Below, one piece after another: positions 45,253 to 57,177 of a stretch of 64,000 nt of DNA (position 1 is its first letter; each line of letters starts with the position of its first letter). The notes under the pieces are model-generated. The model was not told the DNA's origin and searched no databases. It saw nothing but the letters and a program-made list of their open reading frames with translations. The translations under genes were made by a program, and so were the position numbers. The stretch comes from Protoeuglena noctilucae (taxonomy: Eukaryota): positions 558,001 through 622,000 of the forward strand of contig OY253680.1 of the NCBI GenBank assembly GCA_958009085.1, given 5' to 3'.

Positions 45253-46808
45253 ATGACAGCCGCCGCGGAGAACCGGTGCGCCAAGTGCGCGAGGGTGTGC
45301 CCGAAACGGCGCGCGTATTGCTCTCGATGCTACAAACAGAACCCAGGCCTCGAGGAGGAGGAGCGAGAGGCGCGGCGGAGGGCTCTCGCGGAGAAAGGAC
45401 CGTCTCGCGAAGAGGCGCAGGAAGCGTGCGGATCAGCGTGGAAGGAGGCTGTGCGGCATCTTCGGGAGCGACAGGACGACGCGAAGGATCTCGCTGTGCA
45501 GGTGAAAGCCGCGATTGCGCTGGACGGACCGCACAGAGCATGGTGCACGACATGGCGGGTAGCCGATGGCCTCTGAGGTGCTGTGCCGCGCCGCCCGCAG
45601 GTCGAATGCATCGAAGAAGACGTCGCCGAAGCGCGGGAGGTCCTGCGGGGCTTTGCTGCTTCGGGCACACCGCTGGTCGACGTGCGGGAGCAGGATGACT
45701 ACGACACGTGGCGGGTCGCAGGGTTGCCCGTGATCAACCTCCCCTGGCGTGATTTCCGGACCCGAGCTTTCGAGTTCCCGCCTCGTGATGTGCCCTTCGC
45801 CGTCCTCACCTACGATTTCCCAGGTGCCGGGGGCTTGCTGGCGGCATGCGGGGGTGCTGCTGCATATGCACGGCACGCAAGCTAACGCATCTCATCGTTC
45901 CTCCACCCTCCGCAGGCTTGCCCGAGCGCCACCTGGCATGCCTCCGCTCCGTGCACACCGAGCGCAACCAATGGGAGCGTGAGCCCTGGCAGGTATTGGC
46001 GGTCCTGCGGGCGTCCCCAGCCCTGCGAGCTGCCGCTGAGGCCGAGGGCATGCTGGCCACGGGTCACCAGCCCACGTCTCTGCAACCGTTCCTGTGGAAG
46101 CCCTGCACCCTCGTGGAGCGGCTGGTCCCGGTGGTTCTGTCGCGCTTGGGCGGCGTTGGTGCATGGAGCGCCGTGGACCTCGGGTGCGGGCCGGGCCGGG
46201 ACTGCGTTTTCCTGGCCAAGAAGCTTGTCGAGGCGGGGCTCGCGCGAGGGTCGGCCGATGCGGCTGGTGGCGACGCTGGGGAAGGGCGAGGGGTGGTCGT
46301 GCACGGCATTGATTCGCACCCCGGGTCCGGCGTTCGCCTGGAGGCCTTAGCGGCACGGGCAGGCGTGGCGGGCGCCATCTCCTGGCACGGTGGGGACTTG
46401 AAAGGCCCCCCAGACGCCGTCCTGGACTTCTTGCGCGGCATCCAACCCCAGCCGATCATGCTCGCCCTGGGGGTCCGCTTCAACCACCGCCCGCTCTTCG
46501 GCGTGCTGCGTGAGGCCGTCGCCCCAGGCGGAATCGTCGCCTGGGCGCAGTTCCAGGTGCTGTGGCCTGCCGGCGATGCCAAGCTGCTTGAGATGCGTGG
46601 CAGCCTCGAGAGCCGAGCTCCCGTCTCGGGCTTGCAGCGCGAGGAGGGTAAGGCATGGACGTGGGAGCATCCCAGCAGGCCGGACGACATCCTGGAGCCG
46701 GGAGAGCTCGCTGCGGTGTTCCATGACTGGGAAATCCTCACGGACGAGACGGAGCACCTGCACGACGGCCGGCCGCTGCAGCACTTTGTCGCGATCAAGC
46801 CGCGATAG
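45253..46808 (+). CDS. CxxC..CxxC finger + rhodanese-like domain + class I SAM methyltransferase (TehB-like)
   Basis: CAKC...CSRC; LVDVREQDDY...VINLPW...FEFPP; VDLGCGPGRD, RPLF...VAPGG, HPSRPDDILEPGEL, DGRPLQHFVAIK. Confidence 0.75.
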
Positions 46809-47045
46809 GATGGGCTTCCAATTGCGCGACTGCGCGAGGCGCATGAAACGTGTCAGATCTCGGGATCGGCCAGGCCAGCGGTTGAGCTGCCCTCGTCGCC
46901 CGAGCGGCGAAACAAAGCCTGGCGAATCAACTCCTGCCCCCGCCCGCGGGTCGTTGCCTGAAGACCGAGCAAAGTTAGGGAGCTTTGAGGGCAGGCTCGT
47001 TGAATCTCGCCTGAGGGGGCGTGTCGGGGGAGGAAACGATCGAAG

Positions 47046-48877
47046 ATGCTGCGTGCCGCGGCGAGGAGCCTCGTCCGCGGCCCGGATGGGGTCGCCTCGG
47101 CGCCCGCGTTCGTTGGCGCGCTCCTCCAGGTTCGTGGGCGACTGCTGCCGCCGTTCGCGTCCTCCGCGGCGTGTTTTATGTTTCGAAGAAGCCATCGCAC
47201 CGTGATCTGTCGTTGCACACCCTCGAACCGAGCGCGGGGGGGCCTCCTGTCCCTTGCAAGGAGCCGTTCCCTCTCCTCGCGAGATGTCCCGGACACTTTT
47301 CCGCCAAGCAGTGCGGACTTCCCTGTTGCCCCCGCAGAGCCGCAACTTCGCAGCCGGGGATAGCCTGGAGCTCAAGATTGGCCGCCCGTTCCTTGCGCAC
47401 CACATCGACCCCCCCTCCGAGACCGTGACGACCTCCAAGGTGGCCGCGACGCCGCGATGTCACGAACGCTGTCCCTGGATGCGTCTGCGGGAGCGGAAAC
47501 GCGGCTCCGTGATCTCCGCGCGCCGGTCTCGCGCGCCCCGCCTGCCTCACTGCCTGCGGCCGGATCCGCGGCGCTGCGCCTCACGCTGATCGCAGGACGA
47601 GCTGATGGGCTTCTACAAGCAAATGTACCTGATGCGCCGCATGGAGATCGCTCTGGACGTGCTCTACAAGTCCAAGATGGTGCGCGGCTTCTGCCACCTC
47701 TACGACGGTCAGGAGGCCGTGGCTGCGGGCATCAGCGCGGTTGCTACCCAGGAAGACTGCATCATCACCTCGTACCGCGACCACTGCCATGTGAGGGCGC
47801 CCGACCGCGGCCCGCGGCGGGTGCGCAAGATGGCACGTTGAGCCCATGCGAGCGCATGCCGCCTCCCCTCCTGCAGCACTTGATCCGCGGCGGGACGCCC
47901 AAGGAGGTCATTGGCGAGCTGATGGGGAAGGAGTGCGGCGCGAGCAAGGGCATGGGCGGGTCCATGCACATGTACAACAAGGAGTGGAACTGGTACGGCG
48001 GGTGCGGCATCGTGGGCGCCCAGATTCCCCTGGGCGCTGGCCTGGCCTTCAAGCTCAAGTACTCGGGGCAGAAGAACGTGGCCTTCACGCTCTTCGGCGA
48101 CGGCGCTGCCAACCAGGGCCAGGGCTTCGAGGCGTTTAACCTCGCAGCGATTTGGGACCTCCCAGGTCAGCGGGCGTGCCTGGCTGGCTGGAGCTGCGTG
48201 GTGGTGTGGACTTGCATCGCTCTCTCTGCTCATGCCGCTGGTGCTGGCCGCACTGTCCGCTGGCCGGCGCGCCCGTACTTGCCAGCTGCACTCGCGCACT
48301 CTCAGACCCCTCTCTCCGCACTCACCACCAGCCCCTCTTTCCTCTTCCAGTGATTTTCATCGTGGAGAACAACCAGTACGGCATGGGCACGGCGGCCACG
48401 CGCGCGGCCAAGTCGCCGTCCTTCTACAAGCGCGGCGACTACGTGCCGGGCGTCAAGGTGGACGGCATGGACGTCCTGGCGGTGCGCCAGGCGTGCAGTT
48501 TCGCCAAGGACTTCGCCGTGGAGCACGGCCCCATCATCCTCGAAATGGACACGTACCGCTACCACGGCCACTCCATGAGCGACCCCGGCTCCAGCTACCG
48601 CACCCGCGACGAGATCGCCTCGACGCGCCAGGAGCGCGACCCCATCGAGCGGGTCAAGAAGCTCGTCCTGGACCAGAAGCTGGCCGACGCGAGCGAGTTC
48701 AAGGCGATCGAGCGCGACGTCAAGAAGATCGTGGATGACTCGATTGAGGAGTGCAAGGCCCACCCGCCCCCCGACGTGGCCACCTACATGGCCAAGTACG
48801 TCTACTACGACCCCCACCCCATGGGCAAAATGGCACGGGGCACGTGGTTCGGCAAGGAGTTCGCCTACAAGCCCTGA
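47046..48877 (+). CDS. PDHA1: Mitochondrial pyruvate dehydrogenase E1 alpha subunit
   Basis: [28 protein letters not shown]-binding GDGAANQGQ...[16 protein letters not shown]. Confidence 0.97.
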
Positions 48878-49034
48878 GGGGCGGTAGGGCGAGGCCTGCG
48901 TGCGGCTGTGTTGACGGCAACATGGCGCGCGATGCGGGGTGCAGGGAGACTCGCATGTTGAATGGAAGTACATCACATGGAGCGACTAGTGCTGGCAGGG
49001 TCACATGGGATCGTCGGCAGGGCGCGACGCGAAG

Positions 49035-50964
49035 CTAGCTGTGGATGGCGGCCTGGTAAGCGGCGAGGATGCGGGTGGTGATGAAAGCGATGGCGCTGAC
49101 CACGATCGTTTGGGAGCGGAAGAGGGCCTCGCGGTCCAGTCGGAAGCCGAAAACTGTGACTCCAGGCAGAGAGTCGGTCATGTAGGTCAGGATGGCCTGC
49201 GGGTGATGGGGCGCGTAGAGAGTTCTGGCGGGCGCTCGGTTCACAGCTCGGTCTCGTCGATGTCTCCACACACCTGGCGCTTCCTGAACTCCTCGGGAGG
49301 GTCCCTGTCCTCCGCCGCAGTGGCCCCTCCGCACTGCGGGTCGCCTCGCACGCTCCCCTCGCCCGCCTTCGCACCGCCCCAGGGCGCACCACTGCCAGGC
49401 TCGCCAGCCCCGTCCGCATGCGCGCCCCCCTGACCGGCCTCCCGCAACTCCGCCATGCTGGGCAGAGACCCCGGGTCGGGGGGCGCGCCCTGCCCTGTGG
49501 ATGCCACCCCGCAGGCGGCCATGGCGTGAAGCCGCGCGAAGTCCTGCACCGAGTCCTTGATCCTGTGCGAGATGATGGTGGCGGCGCGGATCATGAGCCA
49601 GAACCCGGCGATGTGGAAGGCGGAGGAGAGGAGCAGGAGCGAGGAGAGGGCCAGTTGCTCCGAGGAGGCCAGGATCGACTCGCGGTGTGTCTCCTCGACT
49701 ATCGCGTTGTGCGCCACGTAGTAGATGCAGTGGCAGGCCTCGACGGTGACGAGCACGGCGTAGGCCACGAGGAGGAAGCGGTAGCGGTGGGACAGCCGCC
49801 GCATGACGGCACGGACGTCGGTGAAGGCCGCCAGCGTGCGACGCAGGTCGGGACGCGGGACCACCGGGGGCACGTGCTTGGGCACGTCGTCGGTAGGGTC
49901 CTCGCATACGGGCTCATGCACGGGCTCGCAGTCGACGGGGCTGGGTCCCAGGCACTCAGCGTGGTCTGCCTCGCTCGCCCTCCGTTTCGGGATGCGGCTG
50001 GCCAGGGTCACGAGTGCCAAGGGGTCGTCGGCATCCTGCGATCGAAATGCGAGAGCTCATAGTCGTCGTTAGCAAGGCACGGTCTCTGCCGCAAGTCATG
50101 TTCTAAGGCCCATGCCAGCATGCCAGTGAAATCACCTCCGCCATGAGGTAGGTCTGCCGCAGGCAGGCGACTCTGTGCAGGGCCTGGGCGCACGCGACGC
50201 GGAAGAGGACGCAGGGGAGCATGAAGACAGCCTGGGCGTACGTGGCGCCCGCCCAGACGAGCAGAGCGAAGGCAGTAGCTCCGACCCCGCGCGCAGGCCA
50301 AGGGATGCCGTCCAAGAGCCCGGGGAGGGCCAGGAGGCCGCGGTAGCCGTAGAAGTAGGCCATAATCGCCGCCTGAGCCGCCGCGGCGGGGACCACGAGC
50401 AAGGCGACCTCCCCTGCCACGCTGCCCAGGAGGCGCGAGGCCATGACCCGTCCCCCGCGTGTCAAGTGCTCCGGGCCGAGGGTGAGGGCCAGGTCCTGGA
50501 CGCTGGTGCGGCGAAAGGCCTGGCGGAGCAGGTACGCGAGGGCCACGGCGTAGAGGGCCGCGCGGAACTGGTAGTTGACCTGCGCGGCCTCCGACACATT
50601 CCCATCGGGCGTCAGGCCCCGGAACTCGGCGTACCATCGGCACCCCGCCGCCAGGCCGCCCAGGAGCACGAGCGGCAGGACTGCGATCCACATGCGACGC
50701 CCACGGTACACGGCGGGGACGCCGAGCCACACGAGGAGCGCAGAGAGGGCGCGCACGGACGGGTCATCGTCGCTGAGGGCCTCGGGTCCACATCCGGGCT
50801 GCGAGAGCGTGTGAAGGGTCCTACGTCATGCTTCGTTGCATAATCTATCCCGCTGCGCAGCCTGCGTGGTAGGAAGTGGTGCTCACGGAGCAATCGTCCT
50901 CGGGAAAGTCCCCGTGTTGTGCGGTGAGCAAAATCCTCCGCGTGGGCATGAACCGGCTCCGCAT
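49035..50964 (-). CDS. DUF3537-family multi-pass membrane protein (gustatory-receptor-like fold)
   Basis: Several TM helices, RLSHRYRFLL, RAATIISHR, spliced C-terminus FRKR|QAILTYMTDSLPGVTVFGFRLDREAL. Confidence 0.75.
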
Positions 50965-51370
50965 GGGTCTCCGTTGCTGCTGAAAGGACATACTTTGCGT
51001 GGAGCTACGATGCGCGGGCGATCAACCTTTCAGATTACGCGACGTGTGGGAATAGGCCTAGGCACCTCCAGCACCCTATGAGTTGACGCGGACAGGCTGG
51101 GCGATGGGTCACTTGGATGGTCAGCAGCACAACCTATACGATAGCTGAATGGCTGTGAGAGCTAGCCTGCTCTATTGACGGAAGCCTGCGCTGCAACCGT
51201 GATTTCTGACACACCCGCAGCTCAACAGTTCCGCACGCCCTCCGCATCAGTTTCTCAGCAGTGCAATAAGCAACTTTCACAAGCCCAGCGTTGCTTGATC
51301 ATCGAGCAGCCGTGCCGGTGCAAGCGTACCCTGCTGCAAGCGACGTCGATATGCGAAGCGGGCCTGCGCG

Positions 51371-54300
51371 ATGAAGCACAACGGCATCAGGAGCAAGTTT
51401 CGGCCCCCTATCCAGGGCGTGCCGCTCCAGGGAGAGGAGGCGCGCGCATGTGGACCTCAGGCGCCACCTGCGCTTCCCCTGGAGCCATGCCCGGCACCAA
51501 TGGACTACCCTGCGGCCCTCGAGGAGACTGCGTTTCAACTCATCAACCTGGCTCCAGTAGCTGGGACCTCCGCCAACCTGCCCACGCCCTCCGCGGGACC
51601 TCCCCTCGCTGCCCCGCCAGTAGACATCTCTGACCGATTGGTGGCCGTCCAGGAGCTGCCGTACCCTTTCCAGGCATGCTATCAATGGGCCTACTTTAAC
51701 CGGGTCCAGAGCGACTGCTTCACCCTGGTGAGAGCGCGGGGCGCGGAGTGGCATTTTGCTACGCACAGGTGTTGGTCTGCACGACTGCCGTGTCCCACGC
51801 GTCCTCGTCTGACCCTCCCAGGCGTACGAGACGGACGAAAACTTTGTCGTGGCGGCCCCCACGGCGAGTGGCAAGACGGGCGTGGTGGAGCTGGCCATCT
51901 TGCGCATGCTCCGCCGCTCCCTCACGCCGTCTGGGGGCCTCCTGCACCAGCCGGGCCTGACCAAGGCCGTCTACGTGGCCCCGATGCGGGCCTTGGTCCA
52001 GGAGAAGATGCGGAGCTGGGGGATCCGCTTCAAGGGCCTCGGCATCAATCTGTTCGAGATGACGGGCGACACGGACTATGTGGGCAAGGGCGTCAGCGAG
52101 GCAGACGTCATCCTGACGACCCCGGAGAAGTTCGACGCCGTGACGCGTAGGAACCAGGAGAAGGGCAACGTCGGATGGGTCGGGGACATCGCCCTCGTGG
52201 TGCTTGACGGTGAGGCGCTTGCGACGACACGTGTGCTAGCAAGGCAGCGACTGAGCTGCGAACGCTTGCATGGCCATCTCCACTTTCTCGTTGCCTGCGC
52301 TCACTGCTCGCCACCTGCACCGTGCCCCTGCAGAGGTGCACCTTCTTGGCGAGAAGCGCGGCTGTGTGCTGGAGGCCATCGTGAGCCGGCTCAAGCTGCT
52401 GCAGATGTCGAGCACCATGGAGGGGCTGCCGCTGTCGTACCTCCGCTTAGGGGCCGTCAGCGCCACGGTTCCCAATGCCGATGACGTGGCCGCATGGCTG
52501 GGGGCGCCCCCGCACGCCCTCCGCGTGTATGGGGAGGAGATGCGGCCCGTGAAACTGGAGATCAACGTGCGGGGGTACAAGGAGGACCGTCGGGGACCGT
52601 TCATGTTCGAGAAGACGCTCGGGTGAGGGCTGCTTTAGAAGGCAGTGGGTAACTACGACGTAGCTCGATGCCAGAGCTGGGAGGGCTGCAAGGCACCAGC
52701 AAGCGATTTGTGTGGGAAGAGACTGTCTGAATGACGATGACAGGTGTCGCGGTAAGTCCATGATGCTTGCTGGCACATAACCTCGACCACTGCTGCACTG
52801 GGTATGCAGGCACCACGTGTTTGGCGTGTTGGAGAGCCACTTCCGGAGGGGTGCATCCTGGCAGTGGAAGCCAACGCTCGTCTTCTGCAGCACGCGCAAG
52901 GGGACCGCCGAGACGGCCGGGTGAGCCCTGCAACCGTGGCGCACGCCCAGCTCTCACCGGGCCTGTGGTCGGTGTCCACCAGCGGCACCTCCTGCTTGGA
53001 AGGAGTGAACGAACTGGTCTGCCACTTGCCTCGCAGGGCGCTCGTGACCACGTTGGGCCAGAGGGGTGTGAATCTGGTGCGCAGCGCAGAGCAGCGGCGC
53101 GCGTTGCAGGCCGCCGCACAGCAGGTCCAGAACAAGGCGCTGTCCGGTGAGTGCCTGCATCGACGCAGTCGATACAAAGATTGTAGAGACCAGATGTTCA
53201 CATCCACATTTAAGAGTAGTGGTGAACTCCGTGTAGGGGCCTGGGGTTTAACCCAAACGCCCCGCCCGCCCTTGGCCCCCACAGCCGCCATCCTCCAGGG
53301 CTGTGCCTTCCACAACGCGTCCCTGAGCGCCGAGGACCGCTTTCTCGTGGAGGACCTCTTCCTCAAGCAGCACGTGCTCATCCTGTGCTCCACGTGCACT
53401 CTGGCGATGGGGGTTAACCTCCCGGCGCACCTGGTGGTGATCAAGGGCACCAAGCAGTGGTCCGCGGACCGGCACGACTACGAGGACTACGACACGTCGA
53501 TGATCCTGCAGATGGCGGGCCGCGCGGGCCGCCCGGACTTCGACACCCAGGGTTTCTGCGAGGTGCTGACGGGCGAGGGCGACGCAGCCACGGTGCGGGG
53601 GCGCGTGCGGGGGGCCGAGGTGCTCGAGAGCCACCTGCGGGGCGGGCTGTGCGAGGCGCTGAACAGCGAGGTCGTTCTCGGCACCGTGGGGACCGTAGAG
53701 GACGCCGTTCGATGGTTCAAGCTCACCTTCTGCTACATCCGCATGCGCAAGCACCCCAGGCACTACCGCGTGCCGGACAAGGCAGCCAATAGCCCCGACG
53801 CTTTGGAGGAGTTCCTCACCACCATGATCCTCAACCGCGTGCAAGAGGTGAGGCGCATGGCCTGGGCGAAGTTGACCCGGCAGGCGCTGGACTGCGCGAG
53901 ACTGTAGATCTCAGTAGCGCCAGCCCCGTGTCAGTGTGTTCCATTGGCGCTCCTTCCTCGTTTGCTATCCTCGAGGCACTCATCCTTCCACGACAGCCCC
54001 ACTCTGACAGCCCCACCCTCATTCCTGGCAGCCCCGCCCTCGTGCAAGCCGACACCCCGGCGCCTATCCCCGACAGCCCTCCCCCGTCCCCAACATTCCC
54101 CCCGTTCGTCCCCGCAGCTGTCGGACGCCAGGGTGCTGGTGCAGGAGGACGGCCGTCTGCGTGCCCTGGAGCCCGGCCGCCTCATGTCGTCCTTCTGCGT
54201 GTCGTTCGGCACCATGTCCCGGGCCATGCGCTACGCCAGCGACACCGACATGCCCGCCGCCGTGCGCCTGCTGGCCTCCTGCGACGAGTTCTCCTCCATC

Positions 54301-56616
54301 ACCCTCCGCCGCGCCGAGAAGCGACCCCTCAACGAGGCCAACACGCGCTCCGGCCGCCTCCGCTTCCCCGTCTTCGACCCCAAGCGCCCCGACCGCCCCA
54401 TCGCCCGCATCCGCGACCGCCAGGACAAATTCGTGGTCCTGCTCAACCTCGCCCTCACCGGGCAGGCCGAGGAGAAACTGGAGTGGTCCCTGCGGCAGGA
54501 CATGGAGCTGATCTGCACCAAGGGCGAGCGTCTCGCCAGCTGCTTCTTCCAGCTCTTCTCCCACAAGCGGTGCCTGGCCCTCGCCGTGTGCTTCTCCCTC
54601 CTCTCCCGGTGCCTCGCCGCTCGCCTCTGGGAGGACAGCCCCGTGCTCGTCACGCAAGCCCCGCGTGTGGGGCCCCTCCTGGGCCACCGGCTGTCCACAT
54701 GCGGCATCCAGACCCTGCGGCAGCTCGCCCAGGCCGACCCCCGCCGCATCGAGCTGGCGGCCGGCAAGCCCTTCCCCTGGGGCAACCAGGTCAAGAAAGA
54801 GCTCAAAGGCGTCCTGCCGCCCGAAGTCACCGTCCGTGCGTCGTGGACCGCCCGCCTGCGGGGCGTGGACGTCCGGGTCACCCTCAGCCCGGTGGAGGAC
54901 GAGCACTCGGCGGGGCAGGGGCGGTCTGGGGGTGCCACGCTGGTCGTGGGGGACCTGGACGCTGACCGCGTCGCTCTCTGCAAGCACGTCAACGTGCACG
55001 ACCTCCGGGGCGACTGGGAGCAGTCCTGCGCTCTGGAGAGGCCCTTGGGGGCCGGGAGGAGCGTGCGTGTGGTGACGGCGCTGCTGTGGGACACAACGGT
55101 GGGCAGCGACGTCACGCTGCTGAGCGACGTGCCGCCCGGCGTGAGCAGCAGCGAGGGACAGGAGGCCAGGGAGATCCGGCCCACGGACGTGCGGCCCCCG
55201 ACGGGCGAATGCAAGCCGCTTGTGCTGCCGGTGGCGGCGGCAGTGGCAGGTGGGGCTGCCAAGGGCGCCAGGGCAAGCGGTGAGGAGCCCGCAGCCATCG
55301 AGTGCTCTTTGGAAAGCGCAGCGGCACCTGGGGATGCGGCGGGCGGGGCTGACGGTGGTACAGAGAAGGAGGAAGCGGGGGCCGGGACGCCCCCGGCCCG
55401 TGCGGGGGAGCCGGCGGCGGCGGCCGCGAAGGCTGAGCCAGCTGTGAGGAAACGGCCAGCCGTCCCCGCCAAGGCCTGGGAGATTCTCAAGCGCCGCAAC
55501 GGAGGCGGGGTCCAGGCTGGGAGCTCGGCCGGTCCTATGGCTGCTCCAGGTCCCAAGGCCGGGGCAAATGTACAGAAGGGCGAGCCGCCGCAGCTGTCAG
55601 ACGCGGACTTGCTGATGGCTTTGGAGTCTGCGGAGGTCAGGCGGTCTGGAGAGAGCGGGGAGAGGGCCGCGAGGGGTGGCACAGCGGGGCTGGCGCAGGC
55701 AACCGCAGCGATGACCCAGGCGAGGGTGGTAGGATGGGCGCCGGCGATGGCGAGCGGAGGGGCACGGCAGGCGGCGCCGAGCGCAGCTGCGCCTGGGGCG
55801 GGGGCTGCGGCTAGAACGCAGCCGATGGGCACAGCGAGGCATGCTGCTGGGGCGGGGCACGGAGCAACCGGTGTGATGGCGGGTGGAGCGGGAGGGCAGA
55901 TGATGGGCCTGGCGAGCGTGGCTGGGATGAGCGCGACGCAAGGCCTGAGCAAGAGGCTGGGAAATGCCCTCCCCGGACAGCCTGGGCACCCCTCAACGCA
56001 GCCGCACTGGACAGGCGCCCGGCAGACGGCCCCTGCGCCCCGGCAGGCCCAGTCGAGCCCCGACGTCGACTTCTGGGCCTCTTTCTTCCAGCAGCAGGGC
56101 CCGGACCCCAGCCACGCGCCTGCTCTCACGCCCGCGCCACAAGCGGCCTATCCCGGCCCGTCACTGGCCCCCACCCCGTCCCCTGTGCCGCAACACCTGC
56201 AGCACTCGCAGCCCATCCCTGGGTATGGTACTGTGGGCATGCCCAGCCACATGGGCCAACTGAGCTCATTCATGGACGCCACCGCCTTCTTCGAGCCCCC
56301 GGCAGCTGCGCACACTGGCACGGGCATCCACCCCAACTTCGGCGCCCACCCAGGCACCTTCGGGAGGGGCTGGAGGAACCCCGCCATCGCGCCTGAGCAC
56401 TCCGTCATCGACTCATACCGAACCTCTGACTCCGGCTTTGGTTTTGGTCAGCCGGTGACCGGCGGGGCTGCGGGGCTGGAGCCCGGCTGGGGCCAGGCCC
56501 ACCCCTTCAGCCGCAGCCATGCAGCGCCTACGAGCCAGCGCAATCAGGACCCCGCGTATGGCAGTGCCCATGGCGACTACTACGGCGCGGCTGCCATGGA
56601 CCCGACCTCCAGGTGA
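51371..56616 (+). CDS. MER3: Meiotic DExH helicase MER3/HFM1 (Ski2-like, Sec63 domain, long low-complexity tail)
   Basis: FNRVQSDCF, APTASGKT, TTPEKFDAVTR, LD|EVHLL, SATVPN, EEMRPVKL, LVFCSTRK, TLAMGVNLPAHLVVIKGT, QMAGRAGRPDFD, DPRRIE...FPWGNQ. Confidence 0.9.
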
Positions 56617-57120
56617 ACTGCGAGCGATGCCTGTACGGCACTGGATGGGATGCGTGAGCTCCTGTTGGGGTGGCATGAGTGACATTGACATGACGCATGA
56701 CTAAATGACAAAGCGCCTCTGCTTGTGTCGCAGTACGGGTCACGGCTGGGGCTTCGGTCCTGACCCAGTGCGCGGCTCATCCCAGGGTCCCTCGCACGCA
56801 ACGACGAAGCCTGCATCGATGCCCGCGCACAATGCGGGCCGTGCAAGCGTGGCAGACTTCTTCGAGAGCTTCTCTTACTCCTGATGGGATCAGGTGGACT
56901 CTGGCACGCTAGCCTGTTGGCGCCTAGGAAGGGATGCAATCATGTGATTTGTGGAGCTCTGGTGGTTGCCTGTCTGGGGCAAGACGTGTCCACGAGCACT
57001 GCAGGCGCACATTCGCGCTGCGATGTGCTTGGCTACCTCAGGACGTGTTTGCCATAGCACATCTTACCATGAGAAGAGACGAGCGAGCGTTCAATCGAGC
57101 CACGCATCTACCATCAAGCA

Positions 57121-57125
57121 TTACA
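57121..57125 (-). promoter_or_regulatory. Possible TGTAA polyadenylation signal
   Basis: TGTAA on the minus strand about 55 nt downstream of the stop at 57178. Confidence 0.3.
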
Positions 57126-57177
57126 CTTTGCTGAATCTGCACCAACAAGCTGCGGCGACACGCACTCTACGCACCCC

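Noticed and set aside
50902..50914. GGAAAGTCCCCG resembling the RNase MRP/P P4 motif (similar word near 63026)
   Set aside because: No matching 3' P4 strand seen, and both sites are antisense to predicted coding exons (DUF3537 exon 1, PsbP last exon).
54231..56129. 632-aa minus-strand ORF
   Set aside because: Antisense shadow of the last MER3 exon; no motifs.
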